Under the pieces are notes generated by a model. It was not told the origin of the DNA and searched no databases. It saw nothing but the letters and a program-made list of their open reading frames with translations. Shown piece by piece: positions 35,068-46,181 of a stretch of 64,000 bases of DNA (position 1 is the stretch's first letter; the number at the start of each line of letters is the position of its first letter). Origin of the DNA: a virus; the IMG/VR virus record IMGVR_UViG_3300042484_002041, positions 64,001 through 128,000 of that record. One strand, written 5' to 3'. A program made the translations under genes and the position numbers.

Positions 35068-36334
35068 ATATTTCTTTGTCCTGTTGTAGTATATCTAGCA
35101 TTGTGTAGGTGTCGCTGCGAATTTCTTCCAGCTTTAGAATTCTACGCTTGCCTTTGATCAGACCAGCTTGCCAAGTGTCCGGCCATTGTTGTTCAAACGT
35201 GGGACGATTCTTTAACTGTAACAACACATCACGCAAGGCACCGTCGGGTAGCTGTGCTGCCAGCTGGTCTACCCGACAGTCCAATAACTCCCTGGGCAGT
35301 GCTAAGGGACTAAGCACAATGTCTGGACTGAAGCTGAACACTACCTTGGCCAGCACGCCTACACCATACTCCTGTGCCAGCTGCTGTATGTTCTCTATTT
35401 CAAACAAGCCGGGCAGTGTCAGTGTAAAGTCTATACGCATCTGACGTGGATGTCGTTGCCGTTCTACCCCACGTGCAAAGTTATCCCGCCACTGCGCATA
35501 CTTTAGCCCAGTACGGATGTACTCCCCTGTGGCTCCTGTGCCATCCAGGCTAGCACAGATTTGCCAGTCGCGTATGTTATCAAGAATATCTCGATAAAGA
35601 TTATTGCCTCTGTAATCCACCCTGCTGAGGTTGGTGTTGTATCTAGCGTAAACACGTGGTCCATCTCCTAGTTCAATAATTCTGCGCATGTAGCGCCAGT
35701 GCTGTTCGTACATCAAGGGCTCGCCGCCTACCCAGTATATTTCTTCTACCCGGTGCTGTTCAACTGCTTGTGAGAACTCGGCCTCTACCTGTTGGTCTTG
35801 GAACTGCGTGATCTCTTTACGTACAGCAGGCAGCATCCAGTTGTTCCGGGCATTGCCCCAGTCAATCATGTTGTGCTGTTGCTGCTCTGACTCCCACTGG
35901 CTACTTAACATGTCGCCGCACATGCGACATTTGAAGTTGCACAGATTACTGAAACGGTAGTCCCAGCTGACAGGTTGCATTGTGGTGTAACCAGCGGCAT
36001 CTGTACTGTTAGCCAACTCATCGTATTTGTGCTTGAACAAGTGCCAAAAATAACTACGGTAAACATCTGTATTCAGCAGGCGGTCATTACAGACTTCGCA
36101 CTCGGGCAAGGTCTCCCCGGCCAGCATCCTACGCCGTACACTGCGCATGTGTTCTCCATTCCAGTGCTGCTCTAGAGTGATGGGAATATATCGCCCTGTG
36201 CCTGCTGCGGTGTCAATGTACTGTTGGAAGTTCTGTGCCGGTTCCCTGCTTGCACAGCACATGCGGCGTTCGGTCTGCGGGCTCAGGTAAGTGTGCGTCC
36301 AAGGCGCCAGGCACAGGGTGTCAGGTTTCTGCAT
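35036..36334 (-). CDS. Radical SAM protein with N-terminal SPASM/Twitch-like domain
   Basis: CLAPW...CC...CEVC; CNFKCRMC; GGEP; SLDG. Confidence 0.88.
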   Translation of the reverse strand: MQKPDTLCLAPWTHTYLSPQTERRMCCASREPAQNFQQYIDTAAGTGRYIPITLEQHWNGEHMRSVRRRMLAGETLPECEVCNDRLLNTDVYRSYFWHLFKHKYDELANSTDAAGYTTMQPVSWDYRFSNLCNFKCRMCGDMLSSQWESEQQQHNMIDWGNARNNWMLPAVRKEITQFQDQQVEAEFSQAVEQHRVEEIYWVGGEPLMYEQHWRYMRRIIELGDGPRVYARYNTNLSRVDYRGNNLYRDILDNIRDWQICASLDGTGATGEYIRTGLKYAQWRDNFARGVERQRHPRQMRIDFTLTLPGLFEIENIQQLAQEYGVGVLAKVVFSFSPDIVLSPLALPRELLDCRVDQLAAQLPDGALRDVLLQLKNRPTFEQQWPDTWQAGLIKGKRRILKLEEIRSDTYTMLDILQQDKEIYEWWNSIRSD

Positions 36335-37232
36335 AGTTCAGTAAAGGATAAATTATTTCTTCTATTATGTGTTTGGTCACCAGTTGTGTATCAAAAAATA
36401 ATGCATGATTATGTCTAAGTTTCTGTTCAGTGAGTGTGTCATAGGGTTGTTTATTAAATTGCTGTACAATGTTTACCAAGATATCTAATCGGTTGAGCCA
36501 GTCGGGCTCAGTGTCGTAGCTTTCATCAAACATGTTTTCGAATGTTTCAAACCCTAAACTCTTTAATAATTTTAAACTACCAGGTTGTCCCATTATAATA
36601 AAAGGGTGGCGAAAAGCAATAGGCTTGTAAGTTTTTTCTGTTATAAAAACTGTATTATTAACCGGCGGGTCAACTATAGACTCTAACACCATACTAAAAC
36701 ATGTTTGATCATACCAACTTGCGTTGAAGAATCTTTGCGAATCAATTGACGTCATGTCGTCGTCGGGTAGGCGGCGGCCTTTGCTAACATAACTCCAAAC
36801 GAAATCATCTAGCCAGGGCTGCAACTTTCTTTCAGCTAGATCCCTGTGTACTTTTCTCCTACCAATGGGCATTAGTGCCAGATGTTTATAGTTCTTACTG
36901 GGCCGATATGTGTTGTATCCAAGATATGTGTACCATAAACACTCGTAATACCTAAACCAATTTGGGTCCTGTAAAATATACTTTGAGTTGTCATCGGACA
37001 TAACCTCCCATAAATTATCATACACAATTTTATATCCGCCATCAATAAAATGCTGCCGAATACTAGTAGTAGGTGCGTAATAGTTGGCACAAAAAATACT
37101 GCATTTCTTGTCGTAAGTTTTGCTTGAATCGTACTGCTCAACCGACAGGTACGGCTCAATGATTGTACGGAACCAGGGTTGTATTAACGGTTTTGATTTT
37201 TCTAGTATTAGAGTTGGTTTAGCCCTTAGCAT
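36321..37232 (-). CDS. 'TEK' glycosyltransferase-like protein (GT10-like)
   Basis: FITEKTYKPI...GFETF..MFDESYD. Confidence 0.75.
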   Translation of the reverse strand: MLRAKPTLILEKSKPLIQPWFRTIIEPYLSVEQYDSSKTYDKKCSIFCANYYAPTTSIRQHFIDGGYKIVYDNLWEVMSDDNSKYILQDPNWFRYYECLWYTYLGYNTYRPSKNYKHLALMPIGRRKVHRDLAERKLQPWLDDFVWSYVSKGRRLPDDDMTSIDSQRFFNASWYDQTCFSMVLESIVDPPVNNTVFITEKTYKPIAFRHPFIIMGQPGSLKLLKSLGFETFENMFDESYDTEPDWLNRLDILVNIVQQFNKQPYDTLTEQKLRHNHALFFDTQLVTKHIIEEIIYPLLNYAET

Positions 37233-37236
37233 AAAC

Positions 37237-38454
37237 TTATCGATTAGGACCTGTATATCCGATAGCTGTTGCTAGTTCTGGATGATCGGTGCGAAGATCC
37301 TGTTTGCGCTTCCAGTCTAGGTCTTCGACCTTCATACGCAACACGTTACCATCTAGGCTTACTCCACGTTGCATAAACTCAATTATGTTATTGAACTCTA
37401 GTCTATTACGCTCCGACACTTGTGCTGTTTGTAAGCGCAGGGCAATAGTGTCCTTAGCCGCCTGTGGCAAGGTTGAGATACTAAAGTAGTATGCTTCGTG
37501 CATCATGTTCCAGTACACAAAGTCAAACGCCTGTTGGTCAATCCAGTTGGCCACACCTTCAAGGTACGCTACATTAAACACATTGACTGTGGTGCATACT
37601 TGCAGCTGAATATTAGTGTGACTGCTACGGAGTTCGCGGAAACGTTGTATGTTCTCCTGCACTTCGGTCCAGACAGCATTGGTGCGCTGGTATTCAAAAC
37701 GTGCGCCTGTATCATCAATGCTGAGTGCAATCTCCACGGTTTTAAAATGGCGCCAGATGTCCGGGCCTCTTTCCGGGAAGTTGGTTCCATTTGTGTTGTA
37801 ATGGATCTCAACTTGATGGGCAATGCCAAGATCCACTATGCCTTGCAGCATGTCAAAATGCTGCTGGATCATAAATGGTTCCCCACCTGTGAATTCAATA
37901 TAACGTATCTGATCCAGCACTCGGGCAATCTCTCCCCAGAACTGTTGATTCTCCCGGGGCCAGGCACCAGCACGAAGCATTTGATAATGGAAGCTTTCTT
38001 TTTTCTTCTCCGGGGTCAGGAACTGTAGCTCCTCTGTAGCAAACGAGCTAGAACTCCAAGAACCACAAATACGGCATTTGAGATTACAGATGTTGCCTAG
38101 TTTAAGATCAAGAAACACCAATGGTCGTGCATCCGCAGTCCACTCGGATTCCGGGATCATGTGTTTGAGACGATTTAGCGTGTGCATACGCTTGCTGGTG
38201 CGACCAGACCTCTCTTCATTCCAACACTTACGGCACGTTGCAGGCTGTTTTTTATCTAAAAAATCCTGCCGTAGTCGTTGCATGTATTGACTTGACTGTA
38301 CTACAGAAAGATCTGCCGAGACAAGATCAAACTTTATACCGGCATCATCTACAATCTCTTCCTCTGCTAGGCAACAAGGGCGTACAGTGCCAATGGGACT
38401 AGCTTCTAAGCTGACCCAAGGCAGTACGCAAAACTTATCGTGTGGTATTTTCAT
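37237..38454 (-). CDS. Radical SAM protein with N-terminal SPASM/Twitch-like domain
   Basis: CVLPW...PCC...CRKC; CNLKCRIC; GGEP. Confidence 0.88.
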   Translation of the reverse strand: MKIPHDKFCVLPWVSLEASPIGTVRPCCLAEEEIVDDAGIKFDLVSADLSVVQSSQYMQRLRQDFLDKKQPATCRKCWNEERSGRTSKRMHTLNRLKHMIPESEWTADARPLVFLDLKLGNICNLKCRICGSWSSSSFATEELQFLTPEKKKESFHYQMLRAGAWPRENQQFWGEIARVLDQIRYIEFTGGEPFMIQQHFDMLQGIVDLGIAHQVEIHYNTNGTNFPERGPDIWRHFKTVEIALSIDDTGARFEYQRTNAVWTEVQENIQRFRELRSSHTNIQLQVCTTVNVFNVAYLEGVANWIDQQAFDFVYWNMMHEAYYFSISTLPQAAKDTIALRLQTAQVSERNRLEFNNIIEFMQRGVSLDGNVLRMKVEDLDWKRKQDLRTDHPELATAIGYTGPNR

Positions 38455-39176
38455 ACTATAGGGTAAATGCCAAATTCATTACTAATGATTCCGGTTAGCC
38501 GCTCGGCCCATAATTTGTGACAGCGTGCGCTATGATGGCTGCCATCAGAAGAAGCATTATCAAATATCCAACTGCGGCCTTCCTTTTTTTCATCTATATG
38601 CACTGTGATGTTAAACTTGCTTAATAGCTCCCGGTATTCCGGGACACAGTCCTCTAGCACTATATTTACTATAGGGATGTTTAGGGATGCAACCAGTTGA
38701 TTTAAAGTAATTATACTATCTAACCAGGGGATATCAAAGTTTATTTCTGTACGACGCAACATTTCGTGCAGTATCGAATCATCTTGCGATACACTTACCC
38801 GTTGGCCCCGGTTCTTGCTATCCCATGTTGTACTTCGAACAACACCTGGCCACTGTGCTAGTATTAGCCCTGTGTCGGGATGCATACGCAACCATAATTG
38901 AATATTCGTCCGGGTAATCTGATGATTACCCATACCTATTGCCAGATTATGAATGGTTTTTCCGTAACTGCGACTGAGTTGGTTGCAATAGTTATCAATT
39001 CTGGCTACTCCCGACCCAACTGTGTGGCTACACCCGGCTGCTACCCAGTCTCCGGGGGTGACTGAAAAGTCTGATTCATTACTGTAATGTATTTTAGCCA
39101 GGTAGTTGATATGGTCAAAGAATCCGATTCCATTCGTGTAGGGATCCGGCGTCATTGGTTGGTCGTAATGTTTCAT
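38451..39176 (-). CDS. SGNH-family protein
   Basis: GCSHT, GMGN, DGSHH. Confidence 0.65.
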   Translation of the reverse strand: MKHYDQPMTPDPYTNGIGFFDHINYLAKIHYSNESDFSVTPGDWVAAGCSHTVGSGVARIDNYCNQLSRSYGKTIHNLAIGMGNHQITRTNIQLWLRMHPDTGLILAQWPGVVRSTTWDSKNRGQRVSVSQDDSILHEMLRRTEINFDIPWLDSIITLNQLVASLNIPIVNIVLEDCVPEYRELLSKFNITVHIDEKKEGRSWIFDNASSDGSHHSARCHKLWAERLTGIISNEFGIYPIV

Positions 39177-39177
39177 T

Positions 39178-40434
39178 TTAGAAATACACCTTTGGGCCCG
39201 GCCCAGTTGTTTGCTGTAGCAAGTTGATTACTTGTTCGTACTCGGGATGAGCCGGGTTATAGACGTTAAGTTTTACAAATTCATCCTCGGGCCAGGTGTA
39301 CCAATTCCACATTTTTTGAAAGTTGATTTGCTGGATGCCGAGGTCTGTGCAAAGCTGTTTAAATAACACTATCTCTTTATAGTTATCGCGCTGTACCACG
39401 AAGTCTGCAGTAATTAGCAAGGGTAACTGTTGTTCTTTGACCAGATTAATAATCCAGCGAGTATTCTCCAACAGCGTGTCCCATTGACCATTGACACGCA
39501 CACGGTGATATGTGTCTGCGGTGGCTGCATCAAAGCTGATCCTAAGTTCAGAAACATACGGTAGTAACCGTTCAACCAGTTCAGATTTTGATTTTAAATA
39601 GCTGCCATTGGTTTGTATGATGTGACGGATGTTGCTTTTTTTCTGTCCGATAATGTAGTCAATCAACTCGACATAAACTTGACTGATAAACAATTCTCCG
39701 CCGGCCCATCGAATCTCTACAGGTTGATCTTTAATCTCATCAATAACTAGACGCTTGATCTTTTCAACAATGCCATTGTTAATTTTTCGTATGTACAAGT
39801 GTTTGTTGTTGTTGATCAAGGCAGGTCTACAACTGGGACACTTGAAGTTGCAGGTATGATCAAAATCAAATATCAAGTTACTGGGTACTTGTGAAAGCAT
39901 TATGCTGCGACTGTCGACCGACTCCAGTGGTGCTGTATCGTCAGACGCTGCTACTGCTATTGGGTTAATGCTAAAGAACCTGCATAGATTATTGTTGCAA
40001 TACAGATACCTACCGGCTAGTATTTCCTGACGTATGTCTTTGGCAGTCTGAGAATTTAAAATATCATAAATTGAATCAACTGCATTTATATTGCCGGCGA
40101 ACTTTGGCAGCCAGGCAGGACTCTGACAGATGAATACGTCCCCGTATGAATTAATGCCCAGGGTTTCCCATGGTGCACGGCAGTGGGCAACGGTAGCAGG
40201 TACTTTTTTATTAAAAAACACCTGTCCTTGCATGCGTCTGTTACCGTCGGCAATTTGGTTACCTTTGTTTAGCTGTTGATATTCTTTGTATCTGCTGTCT
40301 ACCGCAGTGCTAATACGTTGTTGTACAGCAGGATCAGAGGATCCTTTCCCATGTACTACTTCCCAAAATTCCGGCCAGCCTGGCTCGGCTAGGGCTTGAT
40401 ATTCAGCTTCGTTTATGAAGTCATTTAATTTCAT
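39178..40434 (-). CDS. Radical SAM protein with N-terminal SPASM/Twitch-like domain
   Basis: CRAPW...FIC...AWLP; CNFKCPSC; GGE; SFDA. Confidence 0.88.
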   Translation of the reverse strand: MKLNDFINEAEYQALAEPGWPEFWEVVHGKGSSDPAVQQRISTAVDSRYKEYQQLNKGNQIADGNRRMQGQVFFNKKVPATVAHCRAPWETLGINSYGDVFICQSPAWLPKFAGNINAVDSIYDILNSQTAKDIRQEILAGRYLYCNNNLCRFFSINPIAVAASDDTAPLESVDSRSIMLSQVPSNLIFDFDHTCNFKCPSCRPALINNNKHLYIRKINNGIVEKIKRLVIDEIKDQPVEIRWAGGELFISQVYVELIDYIIGQKKSNIRHIIQTNGSYLKSKSELVERLLPYVSELRISFDAATADTYHRVRVNGQWDTLLENTRWIINLVKEQQLPLLITADFVVQRDNYKEIVLFKQLCTDLGIQQINFQKMWNWYTWPEDEFVKLNVYNPAHPEYEQVINLLQQTTGPGPKVYF

Positions 40435-41132
40435 AATGATGTCAAAAAAGACTGTTGGGTGTAATTTATAAAATCAGCATTTTTATCGGCTAGCCAGACT
40501 TTAGCTAATTCAAATTCGTCAGCAAAGGTAAATGGCACGCGCCACTTTTTTATTAAACAAATTGCATGGCACCAGGCCAGCCAGGGTACATTATTTGATA
40601 GGTCTAAGTCTACTAGTGCCCAGGACGTATTCTTAAAATTTTCTATAGCTGCAGAAACAAACACTGTGTTTGGTTGATACTGTACATGATGATGATCTAA
40701 AAAATTAAACACTTGCTGGGAAAAAAGCTCTTGATTCAGAAACATCTGATCTGCGTCAATAACTTGGTAATCATAATATTCGCGCTGTATCAACTTGTCT
40801 TTGTTCATTCTCCAACAGGCATTATCAGATAACAAAAAAAATACTTCAAGCTCTGATGAACTGTTATGCTGTGGCGTTCTACTATACCATTTATAATAGG
40901 AGTTTAAGTATGCAATAAATTGGGATTTGATTCCAACAAAAGATCCAGCAATATCAGTATCAGAAAAAACATTAGCATGTCCGACACGAAAATTACCGGT
41001 CCTTGGGTGTAGATTAAATTCGTTGTGTGGCGGCTGCTGGATTTCAAATTGACCAGTTTCAAGTCCGTAGAACAAATTGGCTAACCAATGACCGCCTTGG
41101 CCATTGGGGTAAATCACCGCTGGCTTTGTCAT
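40431..41132 (-). CDS. Hypothetical protein (possible sulfotransferase/P-loop-like)
   Basis: N-terminal YPNGQGGHWL loop; function uncertain. Confidence 0.5.
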   Translation of the reverse strand: MTKPAVIYPNGQGGHWLANLFYGLETGQFEIQQPPHNEFNLHPRTGNFRVGHANVFSDTDIAGSFVGIKSQFIAYLNSYYKWYSRTPQHNSSSELEVFFLLSDNACWRMNKDKLIQREYYDYQVIDADQMFLNQELFSQQVFNFLDHHHVQYQPNTVFVSAAIENFKNTSWALVDLDLSNNVPWLAWCHAICLIKKWRVPFTFADEFELAKVWLADKNADFINYTQQSFLTSL

Positions 41133-42388
41133 TTTAATTCTACTAACTCTGGAATTATATCTAACATATTTTCATTCCTTATGCTGTCGAGTTCATGTGT
41201 TTTGCGCCAGAATGTATCTATTAGATGCGTGTTGTCAGTGGCCATCATGAATGTGATTGCAGATTCAAATCCCTGGGTAGCTCGTTGCAATGGGTCTTGA
41301 TCACGTAGCCAAACCAAATGCTCACGATACCGGGACTCAATTCGCTGTTTGTATTCCGTAGTAGCAATATCGATTCGATAGTGTTCTGGATCCTGTAGAA
41401 TATTTACATTTAAATCCTGCGCTTTTAATAGACCTTTTGCAACCCAATCACGGTGAAAATCTGGCAAGTGCAAGGCATTCATTATGCTTACAGTAGGACT
41501 AATATAGAAATCCACCTCAGGGCACATGTTGAGCATGTCTTTGCGATTTTGCTCTACTTGGGCCCACACAGTGCCCTTGCGTATATATTCACCATACCTG
41601 TACATGCCGTCTAAGCTGGCACCTACTGACACTGATTTGAACTGTTTCCAGTATTCAAATACTGACTTGCCCTTTAAATCCGTATGCGTAAAGTTTGTAT
41701 TATAAATCAACCGCACATCAAAACGGCCGCGCTTGACAAGTTCATTTAGAATGTTATAGTGCTCTTCCATGAGCAAGGGCTCGCCTCCGGCAAAGTAAAT
41801 CTGCTCTACATAGTCCAAGTGCGGTTCTAACTGCGTCCACATGTCTGTGGGCGTACGGCCTGCAATATTCAGCACTGTGTTGTGTTTTTTCCAGTCTCCT
41901 CCAGCAAGCTTGGCTTGATCCTGGTACCACTGACTAGAGAAGATGTGCCCGCAACTACGACAACGCAGGTTACATAGGTTGCTGAATCGAATATCCCAGT
42001 AGGTCAGTTCAAAAGGATTTGATTCCAGTTTTTTGATCTGATGCCCGTGATGTTTATTAGCTGACCGCCGGCCTGAAAAGAAGCCGGCTGCTTCTTGTTC
42101 GTAGCAGCGTGTACAGGCTGAATTCTTGCGCTCGTTTAGCATGTCATCTCGCAGGAGTTGCAGAGGTTCGCCTTGCCAGATTTCTTCAAGTGTTTGAGTG
42201 CGGCAATTGCCCACAACTCCGGGTTTCATCTCAGCATGGCAACAAGGATAAGCTTCGCCAGTGGGATAGGCATGTAAGTGCACCCAAGGATAGATACAAA
42301 AAGTTTTAGATTCTTTGAGTAAGAATTCTTCGCGGCTTGTTAATTCAGTGGGCCGTACTAAATCACTGCTACTATAGTTGTATGACAT
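41129..42388 (-). CDS. Radical SAM protein with N-terminal SPASM/Twitch-like domain
   Basis: CIYPW...PCC...GN...EIW...CTRC; CNLRCRSC; GGEP. Confidence 0.9.
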   Translation of the reverse strand: MSYNYSSSDLVRPTELTSREEFLLKESKTFCIYPWVHLHAYPTGEAYPCCHAEMKPGVVGNCRTQTLEEIWQGEPLQLLRDDMLNERKNSACTRCYEQEAAGFFSGRRSANKHHGHQIKKLESNPFELTYWDIRFSNLCNLRCRSCGHIFSSQWYQDQAKLAGGDWKKHNTVLNIAGRTPTDMWTQLEPHLDYVEQIYFAGGEPLLMEEHYNILNELVKRGRFDVRLIYNTNFTHTDLKGKSVFEYWKQFKSVSVGASLDGMYRYGEYIRKGTVWAQVEQNRKDMLNMCPEVDFYISPTVSIMNALHLPDFHRDWVAKGLLKAQDLNVNILQDPEHYRIDIATTEYKQRIESRYREHLVWLRDQDPLQRATQGFESAITFMMATDNTHLIDTFWRKTHELDSIRNENMLDIIPELVELK

Positions 42389-43095
42389 TATGTTCTAGGT
42401 TGATAAAGTTTAAGCCAGTGGCTTGATATGACATTTTGCAGATTAGAATTGACATCATGATCAAACACGCCCGGAGACAAAAATACAAATTCTGGAAATT
42501 GTATAAGATATTGAGTTATATCACTGTGCAATTGGTTTTCTTCATGGGGATCAGCTCTAAACATAATAAACTGACTGCTAGTGCTTCTACACTTCCATAC
42601 TATTTGATTAACCCAGTTAGTAAATAAATCAAAATCATCTACCCACCCCAATTGCAGCACTAGGTTTATATTTCTAGTGTCAATGGTCATAACTTTTTGA
42701 TACAGTTGTTTATTACTTTTTACATTGTACACAGTGTGCAGTCCTGTGGGTTCGAAATGTTTAACAACATAACACCAGGCTTGCTGCGATTGTATGATCA
42801 CGGGTTGATAGTTTTTTGCATGGCTGCACAGTGCATAGCTCTGATCATAGGATTCTGAATGTTGGTAAGTATCAATACTTTGATCTAATAGTATTATCAA
42901 ATCAAAACAATGTTCTACTGATCTTACAAAATCCACAGACACTGTTCCAACATCAGTATAATAACATCCATTTTTTATTTCAGTATCTTCTGTCAACAGT
43001 CCATTCAGAGTAACTGCATACTTCTGTGCAATCAAGGCGCTGCGGTCAGCTGTATCCTCGGTACTGTTACCTATACAAAGAATTAATGATGCCAT
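42388..43095 (-). CDS. Hypothetical protein
   Basis: Coupled, AT-rich ORF. Confidence 0.6.
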   Translation of the reverse strand: MASLILCIGNSTEDTADRSALIAQKYAVTLNGLLTEDTEIKNGCYYTDVGTVSVDFVRSVEHCFDLIILLDQSIDTYQHSESYDQSYALCSHAKNYQPVIIQSQQAWCYVVKHFEPTGLHTVYNVKSNKQLYQKVMTIDTRNINLVLQLGWVDDFDLFTNWVNQIVWKCRSTSSQFIMFRADPHEENQLHSDITQYLIQFPEFVFLSPGVFDHDVNSNLQNVISSHWLKLYQPRT

Positions 43096-43715
43096 ACAAG
43101 ATTACTTTCTCGGGCCCACGACTGCCATAACTGTTCAACAAGAGTCATGTCCAGGTGCAGGTTCAACTGTTGATTTAACTTTTCAATCTCTTGCATATAG
43201 CTATCTTGTTTTAAAAAAGTTAAAAATGGAATAGTGCATGATATATCCCTAAACTGATGTTGTAGTTGTCTTAACTGGGCAAGCTCACTAACAAAATTCA
43301 GAGTGTATTTTTTAGTTTCTTGATTATTAGATAAAAATTCCTGCTGTGTAGAGTCAACATCTATAAAAATAACATGCTGATAAAATGTATCCCCCCATAG
43401 TGCGTTGGATTCCAATAACTGTGCAAATTCCACTGGGTGCCACCAGTCTATCAGCCAAAGATCGCTTTGTTCATAATGAAGAAAGTCTACTTTTCCTAGT
43501 TTATAACTCAAATAATCTTTTGCTTCTTCTTTTTTCCAATTATTAGCGTCCCATACAACATAACGATTGAATTTTTCGTGTGCTGATAATTTTTTTTTAT
43601 ATTCTTCTAGATCTACACAATTTGTACCAGTGATTGTTTTTTCAGAGAGGGTTAAAGTTTTGTATAACATACTACCGCCAGAACCTGGTAAAAATACAAT
43701 TGTAGCTTTCAACAT
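43083..43715 (-). CDS. Hypothetical protein (possible sulfotransferase/P-loop-like)
   Basis: FLPGSGGSML N-terminal loop; function uncertain. Confidence 0.5.
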   Translation of the reverse strand: MLKATIVFLPGSGGSMLYKTLTLSEKTITGTNCVDLEEYKKKLSAHEKFNRYVVWDANNWKKEEAKDYLSYKLGKVDFLHYEQSDLWLIDWWHPVEFAQLLESNALWGDTFYQHVIFIDVDSTQQEFLSNNQETKKYTLNFVSELAQLRQLQHQFRDISCTIPFLTFLKQDSYMQEIEKLNQQLNLHLDMTLVEQLWQSWARESNLVWHH

Positions 43716-45052
43716 TATAGTGTGTTATACCAGTCTGCTAGGGCAGGAAACGTGCCGACAAAGTCTTTGCCGCGACGTTGATCGTATTGTGTGTAAAACT
43801 GTTTGAAGTCATTTAATAGTTTGGGACTATCAAACGCTTCACTGTGCGGTGTCTCTACAACCTCTAAGTAATCAATTAGCCGCTGTACTTGATTGATCTC
43901 GTGCTCGTGCAGCCAGGGGTTGCTGCGGTGGCGATACATCCAGTCCTGTAGCCGAACACAGTAACGGTCACGCAGCTCATCACTTAGTACCAAAGGACTT
44001 TGAAAGCTGGGGAAGCGCAGTATGTTCACGCTAAAGTTCACACGGCTGCGTCCGTATATCTGCTTGAACTCTAGTAGCTGGTGCAACAGGTCTGTAAAGC
44101 TGTCCAAGCAAAGTGCATTAATAGTGCACATGACATGCACGGCCTTGACAGTGTTGGACTCTAGTAGGGCACACACATTCTCGCGCCATTCTTCATAGTC
44201 CAGGCCATCACGTATGTACTCGGCCTGCGCGGCCACGGCTTCTATGCTGGTGTACAACTCCACGTGCGGCAAAGGACAAATGGCTTCGATAAATTCTTTC
44301 ACCTTGGCCAGCGGGAATCCCAGGTTGCTGTTGATTGCTAGCTTGGTAGTGGACTTGCCTTGATTCTCTTTGAACCATTCAATCAGCTTCCAGGTGTAGC
44401 CAGACATCAGGGGCTCGCCGCCTGTGATCCTTAGTTCTTGTAGGGTGGCGTGTAGGTCTGTTTCCCACCACTTGAAGAACGCATCCACATACGGATTGAC
44501 TTGATTAAACGTGTAAAGTTGAGCGCTATCGTGAGCGTGAGTAAAGTGGTTACGCCCATCAGACACCAGGTCGGTATAAGGGCCATGCTTTTTAATGTCA
44601 TTAACCCATGTACTACTGAAAGCAGGGTTGCAATAACTACAAGCGAACTGACAAGTTCGATCAAACGCAATCTCCAGGGTCTTGAGGTTAACGTCTTCGG
44701 TATATGGGATGGCAGTGGCAGCATGTAGATCCTTAATGGGGTAGATTTTTGATTTGTACACACGGTCGCTGATGGCATCGCGGCCCATGTCTTCAATCTT
44801 CCAGCAGTACTCACACCCGGTGGGGCGCTCTCCTGCTAGCATTTTTTTGCGATCGTCCTTTTTCTGGGGCGTGTTGTGCAAGGCACTGGGGCGGGCAGTG
44901 ACTTCCTCCGGACTCACTCCATGTGCAGGCGGGTGGTGACAGCTGGTTGTTTGGCCGCTGCCTAACCATATGGTGGCATTGTACCACTTGGCTGCACAGA
45001 AACTGCTACTGATGGGGTCAAGGACTTCTTGACGAAAGGTTAAATCATTCAC
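43715..45052 (-). CDS. Radical SAM protein with N-terminal SPASM/Twitch-like domain
   Basis: CAAKW...SCHHPP...CEYC; CQFACSYC; GGEP; start placed at GTG. Confidence 0.88.
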   Translation of the reverse strand: MNDLTFRQEVLDPISSSFCAAKWYNATIWLGSGQTTSCHHPPAHGVSPEEVTARPSALHNTPQKKDDRKKMLAGERPTGCEYCWKIEDMGRDAISDRVYKSKIYPIKDLHAATAIPYTEDVNLKTLEIAFDRTCQFACSYCNPAFSSTWVNDIKKHGPYTDLVSDGRNHFTHAHDSAQLYTFNQVNPYVDAFFKWWETDLHATLQELRITGGEPLMSGYTWKLIEWFKENQGKSTTKLAINSNLGFPLAKVKEFIEAICPLPHVELYTSIEAVAAQAEYIRDGLDYEEWRENVCALLESNTVKAVHVMCTINALCLDSFTDLLHQLLEFKQIYGRSRVNFSVNILRFPSFQSPLVLSDELRDRYCVRLQDWMYRHRSNPWLHEHEINQVQRLIDYLEVVETPHSEAFDSPKLLNDFKQFYTQYDQRRGKDFVGTFPALADWYNTL

Positions 45053-46181
45053 GATGTTGGTTGATAAAGTTGAAAAACTTAGTAGGGAATTCAGATCGAA
45101 TTCCTGGCACCATTTCAATCAAGTGCTGCTGGTTGTATTTACAAACTTCCCGTGCAGCAGCTAAGAAACTAGACAAGCTATTATTACATAAATCTCCCAC
45201 AATGTCAATGATTCTATCCATACGGTCCTGATGATTAGCTATACTATCAAAGCTTTCATCAATCAAATGGCCAAATGTTTTAAACCCTAGGTTTCGAATA
45301 TCACGATAAAATCCCGGGCTAGTGGCACAGATCCAAGGGTGACCCATGACCAACTCCTTGGCTATCTTCTCTGTGCGAAAGCTGTAAGGATAATCAAACA
45401 CTGTTTCTGTTACCAAACTAAAGTATGTGTCACGGTATACTTCAGGAACAAGATAAATCTCGCCCCAAAGTCCATTAAATAGTGCATTCTTAACAAATGG
45501 CTGTTCTGAATTAGGCTGAATCTTGTTACCTCGGAATTGGGCAACTTCATACTCAGTCGGCAGGCATTGTATAGGTGTAGAAGTAGTCATTAGATCAATG
45601 CCAGACTGGGTCAATCTAAAATGTCGACTGGCTGTAGGTCTGCTATCTAGTATAGTCCATAAGCTGCGATCTAGTAATCCCCGGCGGTTAAGCTGTTCCC
45701 AGATGTATTTTCTATGAGGTCTGGCTCGGCCATTTAAGAAAAGGAAATCATAAGGCTTGTCCACGTGAGTGTAGATTTCCTCACTGCGTTTCATTGCTGC
45801 CACATTCTCGTCGTAGTCTAGGATCTTTTCTAAAAAATGATCATGCAGTATATAAGGATACTTAGAGTCTAAGTCGCTGCCGCTGATCAGTAGTACCTTA
45901 TGGTCAAGTATGAGCTGTTCTAATCCGATTCCTCGCAGCTGACTAACTAGCGGTTCTGAGCCTTCGGCAGAGTTACCAAATATCATTATGTACTGCGGGT
46001 CCTGGGCCATTGCACAGAACTTTTCTCGATTGTCTAAGTACTGCCGTCGGCCTAGTACGTAGATGGAATCGGGGACCGGAGTATGGCTAGCAAAGTCCCA
46101 AAACTCGTGTGTGCGCCAGGGCAGTAAAATATTGTAGACTTCACTGAATGTGTCGATTACTAAGTTACGTCTGTTGAGCAT
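45045..46181 (-). CDS. 'TEK' glycosyltransferase-like protein (GT10-like)
   Basis: LVTET...FRTEKIAK...GFKTF..LIDESFD. Confidence 0.75.
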   Translation of the reverse strand: MLNRRNLVIDTFSEVYNILLPWRTHEFWDFASHTPVPDSIYVLGRRQYLDNREKFCAMAQDPQYIMIFGNSAEGSEPLVSQLRGIGLEQLILDHKVLLISGSDLDSKYPYILHDHFLEKILDYDENVAAMKRSEEIYTHVDKPYDFLFLNGRARPHRKYIWEQLNRRGLLDRSLWTILDSRPTASRHFRLTQSGIDLMTTSTPIQCLPTEYEVAQFRGNKIQPNSEQPFVKNALFNGLWGEIYLVPEVYRDTYFSLVTETVFDYPYSFRTEKIAKELVMGHPWICATSPGFYRDIRNLGFKTFGHLIDESFDSIANHQDRMDRIIDIVGDLCNNSLSSFLAAAREVCKYNQQHLIEMVPGIRSEFPTKFFNFINQHRE